Source: Gemmatimonadota bacterium
GTDB taxonomy: Bacteria > Gemmatimonadota > Gemmatimonadetes > Gemmatimonadales > GWC2-71-9
Length of the DNA stretch: 64,000 nucleotides
Assembly: GCA_036679605.1 (NCBI GenBank)
Contig: JAZDCZ010000419.1
Span: 32,001-96,000, forward strand
Direction of reading: 5' to 3'
Shown here: positions 59,298 through 64,000 of the stretch, piece by piece
Numbering within the stretch: the stretch's first letter is position 1
Layout: each line of letters starts with the position of its first letter
Notes under the pieces: generated by a model
Databases searched by the model: none
The model's input: the letters and a program-made list of their open reading frames with translations, nothing else
What the model was told of the DNA's origin: nothing
Made by a program: the position numbers and the translations under genes

Positions 59298-62200
59298 CAG
59301 TAGCGCTTCTCCCAAAGGATGTCGGCACCCAACTGATACTTGAGGCTCAAATACTGGTTGGTCAGGGCGATGGCGCAGCTCTGCACTGGGTCTCCGCTGA
59401 TCGAGAACAACCACTGACGGCTGAAACGATATTCCAGGCTGGCTCCCACGTTTCTCGCACTAAAGAATTCGTCACGAGAACACAATCGCGGACTCACTGT
59501 CAGAAACCACTTATCTCCCAGTCGCTTCCCCATCGCTATCTCCGTACCCGAGAGCCCTTCGCCTGACACAGTCGGCCTGATCTGGACGTAGTCGAGCGGC
59601 ACGCCCAGATCTGAGATCAACGAGTACTCGAGTTGACCGGACAGTGCTCCCAAAAACTGGGCCAGTCCCTGATCAACCAAACGTTGATTGCCGGCGTTAC
59701 TCGTACCAGAAAACGCTTCGGCGTTTGGTGCACCGAAGAATAGGTATGAAAGAATCTCCGTCTCTGAAATCGGTGGACGCACGTCACTGGAAAAAGCGAG
59801 TCGTGGATCATAGATAGTGCCAGCGAGGTGAACCATGACCTCGATATCTTCACCCCGCACGCTCCGCACGACATGCCGTGCGTCAATGTCGATTGCGGCA
59901 TCCAGATCCGTGGTGCCGAAGTATCTCACTTCGCCTCGAGTCACCCTGAATTCTCGCGTAACGAGTTCACGCGCAAACGATGGGCCGATGGCAAGCCGAT
60001 AAGTACCACGAGGTGTCTCCATCGTACCACTCAGGCGGTATTGATCGCGCACCTTGTCGACCCTCACGGAACCCAACAATTCGACGTTGGCCTCTCCCGA
60101 CCTCAGCCAAACATCGGCACCCATCTCCATCATCAGACTGTCCACTCTCAGACTGTCTAGGAATCTGTTCTCGAACGAGCTGCCAAGTCCCTCTCTCCGT
60201 ATCAGCGTAGTATCGACCAAGTCGAAGTCAGTAAAGAGTGTATCCTCCAGGTTTACAACATCCTTGGTGATAAGGTCTGCGAAGTAAAGCACTCCCTGTG
60301 TAGCCGTACCCCGTCCCGTGAGAGTGGCGCCGAACACTGGGCCGCGTAGCTGAACATCCGCAGTCGCGGTGAGTGAAAGGAAATCTCTGATATTCACCAC
60401 ACGAAATTCCTTTGCCTCAATCCTCACGTCGAGAATCGGACGGCTCAGCTCCTCCATCCGAACGGTACCCGATATGTCTGCAGTCCCACCTCCACTCTTG
60501 AGGGACAGTCGATCGATGTTAATGCTGTCGCCCGAGAGTACGAATTCACCATTCAAATCTTCATGGCGTACTCTAAGGGTGCGGAATCGCGCGCCACCGT
60601 TAGTGACTGTGATGTTGCCAGTGAGATCCGGATTCTGCCATGTGCCCTCGATCCCAAAATCCGCATCAACTATTCCAGACATGTCATCTACCGCATCAGT
60701 AACCGCATTCATGAAAGAGAGATCAACGCCGTCCGCGACCGCTCTCACCGACACCGGACCTTCCAAGCGGCGCGCGTCTACTTCAGTCAGTGCAAGATCT
60801 AGAGGTAAGCGCAGACTAACATTTAAAATCTCCTCATCCGTGCGGAGTAGCCTGAACTCACCGAGAAGACGCTGACGTTGATAGTTTAGCGAGCCGATCA
60901 GCTGAAGTGACTTGACTTCGCCAAGGCTTCCGTCTTGCAAACCCAAGAAAAGTTCGCCACGTGGTTCGCGCGCAGATCCTTCCAAAGTGAGCGTGCCACC
61001 GAGATCGCCACCGACGTTGTCGTAGTCTCGCTGGAGAAGCATCCAAATATCTTGTAGCGGGAGTGCTTCGATCGACGTCGACAGCTGAGCTGAGCCGGAT
61101 CGCGGCAAACTGCCGTCGACTGTCATGATGCCTGCGCCTGCACTACTGGCAAACACCAGGTGCGAAAAATCCACAACACTGTCCGACACCCGGACGACGG
61201 CTCCAGAATCAACGAACCAAGAACTGCTGGCCAAGAGAAGTCCGGCGACGTCCAGGGGAATCACGTACGCTTCCCCTCTGCGCAACAATGAGCCCCTGGC
61301 GATCCAGCCACCGAACCCATCTGCACCGAATTGTCCATCGGTCCGCCACACTAGCGAATCGGTGCCACCGTCAAGCCCAACATTGACGTCACCGAACTCA
61401 AACTCCTTGAACCTCAGAGCATCTGTCCGGAAATCGAACTCGGTGTTTCCAGCAACACTTTCCCATCGACCTGAGGCTGAGACTGCATTGGCAAAGAGAT
61501 CACCTCTATTGAATTGCCGTGCCTCGAGGTTTCCAGAGACATGAAGATCTTGGAACGCACCGCCAACCTCGACGCTCACCTCTGCAGTACCTGACGGGCT
61601 GCGAGTCAAGGAAGACACGGAATCGAGCGGACCCAGCACCTTAGCAAGAGGGGCATCGAGCACACCGATAGAATCCGACCGAACAGCAAGAGTCATGGTA
61701 CCGCTTCGTGAGCGCCAGAGGCCAAGATCTCCACCAGCAGAGACGTTGAACCCAGTGCCCCACACACTCAGCGTATCCAACTGCAACAGACTGTCCCCGA
61801 TTTGAACTACCACTCTCGCACTGTCGATCATTACGCCCGATACCTCCGAGCCACCAAACACCGCACTTGCCTGAGCACTAGGACCGGCAACAACGTCTGT
61901 AACGCCCGAGCCAGTTAAGCGACCGAACAATCGAGTTTTTGGAAGGGCCGAGTTCAGCTGCTCCATGTCCACCCGAGCGTATCTCACGTCCAAAGCGTGC
62001 GCACCGCGCCGCTGAGAAAGCAGCACGAGCGATCCGTCGATGAACAAGCTGCCCGCCGGTCCGTCTAGGTTTGCATCTACCTGCAGCGAATCGAGGTAAC
62101 CTGTCACCACTGCTCTCCCGGCAAACGAAGTCAACAGGCCGAGTTGTGGGTAGGTAGTGCGAAATCCCGTCAGGTTCAATGAGTCGAGAACGAGTTCAGA

Positions 62201-63685
62201 CCAAACGCCAAGCGTGTCACCTCGAGCGTCTATGCGCACTGTACCGCTCGCTACGGATTCGGTTTCAGGGGCTCCCTGGTATCGTAGTTCTCCATCAAAA
62301 GCGAGCTGCAGCCACGGATCGTTCAACGTTCCCGACAGGACCAGTCGGCCGAGAAGATCGATCGAAGGAAGCAGCCGTCTGAGAGAGGCGAGATCGATGT
62401 CGGCGCTGCGAATCTCGTAGTCGTGAAAAACAAAGTCACCCGGTACTCCAATGGAGACCGTTCCTTCCCCGTTCAGCTTCGTCTCGGGCCAACCTGGTAC
62501 AAGCGAATCGCGCAACGTAGCATCGAGTAATACGTGCAACGATTCCCGGGGACCGTCCGCTTCAAAGCGTCCGGTAAGCCTACCAGCAATGGGCAGAGTG
62601 TCGAAAAAGCCTCTGATGTATTCTATATCAAATTTTTCCAGATCCAGTTTGGTTTGGCGGAAGGCCCAGCGACCGTTGCTCCCCGCCAGCATTCCCAGTT
62701 CCCCGCTCGCGCTACCGCCCCCTCCTATTCCGCGCATGGCAAAGTCACTGGCGTCAAACTCGACAGCACCGTTATCCACGGAGCGAATCAGATACCTTCC
62801 CTCGGCCATCATGCCGGCCGGGAGTTGTGACACCAACCCACGGACCTCATCTGTGCTGGTCCCGTCGGTCCGAATGTCGAGGTCAACTTTGAGCGGACCG
62901 GAGCCGACGACGAGCGAACCATTGACTCGTGCTTTGGAAGACGGTACTTGCAGTTCAGCTAGGTCGAGTAGAACCGAATCTCCTCGGATCGTAAGTCGGC
63001 CTCTGGCTCCAGTCACGTGAAATATGGGATCGGACAGCTCGCCACTGAGATCCGCTATCAGGAATTGAATGCCACTTTCACTCGGCATTCGAGAGCTGAT
63101 ACGAACATATGGTAACGCAGCGTTGAAGCCCTCGATCCGTCTAACGCGCATGGGCCCCCACGGCGTATCCTCGATGACTTTCAGAGAATCACCCGGGTGG
63201 GCCGGAGTTCTTATCACAACCGTCGCATCCGTAACGAACACATCTCTAAAGCTTATCGGAGGGAGCGGCGGACTGGGAGAATCCGACTTCTGAGGGCTAA
63301 AGATTTCGTCGAAGTTGAGTCTTCGACCTGGTCGCTTCAACAGATTTACTTGTGGGGACGTGAGCGTGAGTTTCCCCAGAACAATGCGCCCGCCCAGAAG
63401 ATCTTTGACACCATAACTGAGTCTCAGACGCTCGATCGTGGCTAGCGGAAAACCGTCATCGTCGCGAATCTCCACATCCTTGAGATCCAATCCACCGACG
63501 AGCGATCCTCCAACATTCCCCACAACGATGGATCCGCCCAGTGCCTCGTTGGCCGCGGAAAGTGCTGCTCCGACAGCCGCCTCGCGTCCACTCTCCGTCC
63601 CCAGGCCGACCGACGCCACACCACCGATTGTCCCGATGAGCCATGAACCAGTCAAACCCGCGCCCAGCAGCAGTCGCGGTATCAA
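59297..63685 (-). CDS. tamB: Translocation/assembly module TamB (AsmA-like)
   Basis: 1462 aa, N-terminal anchor, long beta-rich repeats, DUF490-like C-terminus (P.L.FSS..PP.SE.EILSYL.FG); follows an Omp85 gene. Confidence 0.88.
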   Translation of the reverse strand: MIPRLLLGAGLTGSWLIGTIGGVASVGLGTESGREAAVGAALSAANEALGGSIVVGNVGGSLVGGLDLKDVEIRDDDGFPLATIERLRLSYGVKDLLGGRIVLGKLTLTSPQVNLLKRPGRRLNFDEIFSPQKSDSPSPPLPPISFRDVFVTDATVVIRTPAHPGDSLKVIEDTPWGPMRVRRIEGFNAALPYVRISSRMPSESGIQFLIADLSGELSDPIFHVTGARGRLTIRGDSVLLDLAELQVPSSKARVNGSLVVGSGPLKVDLDIRTDGTSTDEVRGLVSQLPAGMMAEGRYLIRSVDNGAVEFDASDFAMRGIGGGGSASGELGMLAGSNGRWAFRQTKLDLEKFDIEYIRGFFDTLPIAGRLTGRFEADGPRESLHVLLDATLRDSLVPGWPETKLNGEGTVSIGVPGDFVFHDYEIRSADIDLASLRRLLPSIDLLGRLVLSGTLNDPWLQLAFDGELRYQGAPETESVASGTVRIDARGDTLGVWSELVLDSLNLTGFRTTYPQLGLLTSFAGRAVVTGYLDSLQVDANLDGPAGSLFIDGSLVLLSQRRGAHALDVRYARVDMEQLNSALPKTRLFGRLTGSGVTDVVAGPSAQASAVFGGSEVSGVMIDSARVVVQIGDSLLQLDTLSVWGTGFNVSAGGDLGLWRSRSGTMTLAVRSDSIGVLDAPLAKVLGPLDSVSSLTRSPSGTAEVSVEVGGAFQDLHVSGNLEARQFNRGDLFANAVSASGRWESVAGNTEFDFRTDALRFKEFEFGDVNVGLDGGTDSLVWRTDGQFGADGFGGWIARGSLLRRGEAYVIPLDVAGLLLASSSWFVDSGAVVRVSDSVVDFSHLVFASSAGAGIMTVDGSLPRSGSAQLSTSIEALPLQDIWMLLQRDYDNVGGDLGGTLTLEGSAREPRGELFLGLQDGSLGEVKSLQLIGSLNYQRQRLLGEFRLLRTDEEILNVSLRLPLDLALTEVDARRLEGPVSVRAVADGVDLSFMNAVTDAVDDMSGIVDADFGIEGTWQNPDLTGNITVTNGGARFRTLRVRHEDLNGEFVLSGDSINIDRLSLKSGGGTADISGTVRMEELSRPILDVRIEAKEFRVVNIRDFLSLTATADVQLRGPVFGATLTGRGTATQGVLYFADLITKDVVNLEDTLFTDFDLVDTTLIRREGLGSSFENRFLDSLRVDSLMMEMGADVWLRSGEANVELLGSVRVDKVRDQYRLSGTMETPRGTYRLAIGPSFARELVTREFRVTRGEVRYFGTTDLDAAIDIDARHVVRSVRGEDIEVMVHLAGTIYDPRLAFSSDVRPPISETEILSYLFFGAPNAEAFSGTSNAGNQRLVDQGLAQFLGALSGQLEYSLISDLGVPLDYVQIRPTVSGEGLSGTEIAMGKRLGDKWFLTVSPRLCSRDEFFSARNVGASLEYRFSRQWLFSISGDPVQSCAIALTNQYLSLKYQLGADILWEKRY

Positions 63686-64000
63686 AATGCCTGCCCCACA
63701 GAGAAGTGGAGGCGGAGGCGGCCGAGAAATGACGGCTTGGGTGAGTATTGCAGAATCGCCTCTTCAAGTTGGCCATCTTTATCAACGTCGGAAAACAGCG
63801 TGTTCTCGCGCGGATCATATGGATTGTACGCAACATCCAACCTCATCGGCCCAAGCGGCGTTCCTATCCGTAAGCCGACGCCGGGTGTGATGCGGATGTC
63901 GGCGAGGCTCTCGTCTTCAACTCCTCGGTCATATACCTGCCCTGCGTCGGTGAAGATTGCGCCGAACAGTCGACCCGCGAACCCCGGCATGGGAAAACGC
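63682..64000 (-). CDS. BamA/TamA (Omp85) family protein, C-terminal part only
   Basis: FTDAGQV, PGVGLR..TPLGPMRLDVAY, terminal HFSVGQAF. Confidence 0.92.
   Translation of the reverse strand, partial: RFPMPGFAGRLFGAIFTDAGQVYDRGVEDESLADIRITPGVGLRIGTPLGPMRLDVAYNPYDPRENTLFSDVDKDGQLEEAILQYSPKPSFLGRLRLHFSVGQAF

Overview
Gene-dense, GC-rich bacterial chromosomal window of mostly housekeeping genes. Gene content and order suggest Gemmatimonadota, which is my inference rather than a database result. In order it contains: a partial M50 protease; rho-ruvX-mltG; interleaved thiE/aroH; a CDF transporter; a Lys/Arg-rich histone H1-like repeat protein; tldD/tldE; SDR-tdh-kbl; HNH, acyl-CoA ligase, NYN and MPG genes; a type IV minor-pilin cluster with a sigma54-type promoter; argR-argG-argH; PBP1A; tyrS; HIT; a patatin-ferredoxin fusion; MsbA-like ABC; a PorX-like REC-PglZ protein; a long plus-strand run (DnaB-like, yebC, ruvC, ruvA, microprotein, ruvB, queA, tgt, yajC, def, fmt, thiE/tenI-like, thiS, thiG, rsmB, PASTA, rpe, tlpA, cdaR-like, tsaD, lgt); and a minus-strand run (tamA/bamA, tamB, lipid kinase, 8-Cys microprotein, DmpA-like, HAD, hypothetical, acpS, cytochrome c-FTR1, Ser/Thr kinase). 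I recognised no rRNA, tRNA, CRISPR array, transposase or prophage. The best leads are a 54-aa CxxC..CxxC microprotein coupled between ruvA and ruvB, a degenerate DnaB-like ATPase with a partner heading the same run, the patatin-ferredoxin fusion, a possibly split PASTA/kinase pair, a Tat-signal TldD, and candidate CTG/ATC starts and leaderless genes. None is confirmed novel without database searches.
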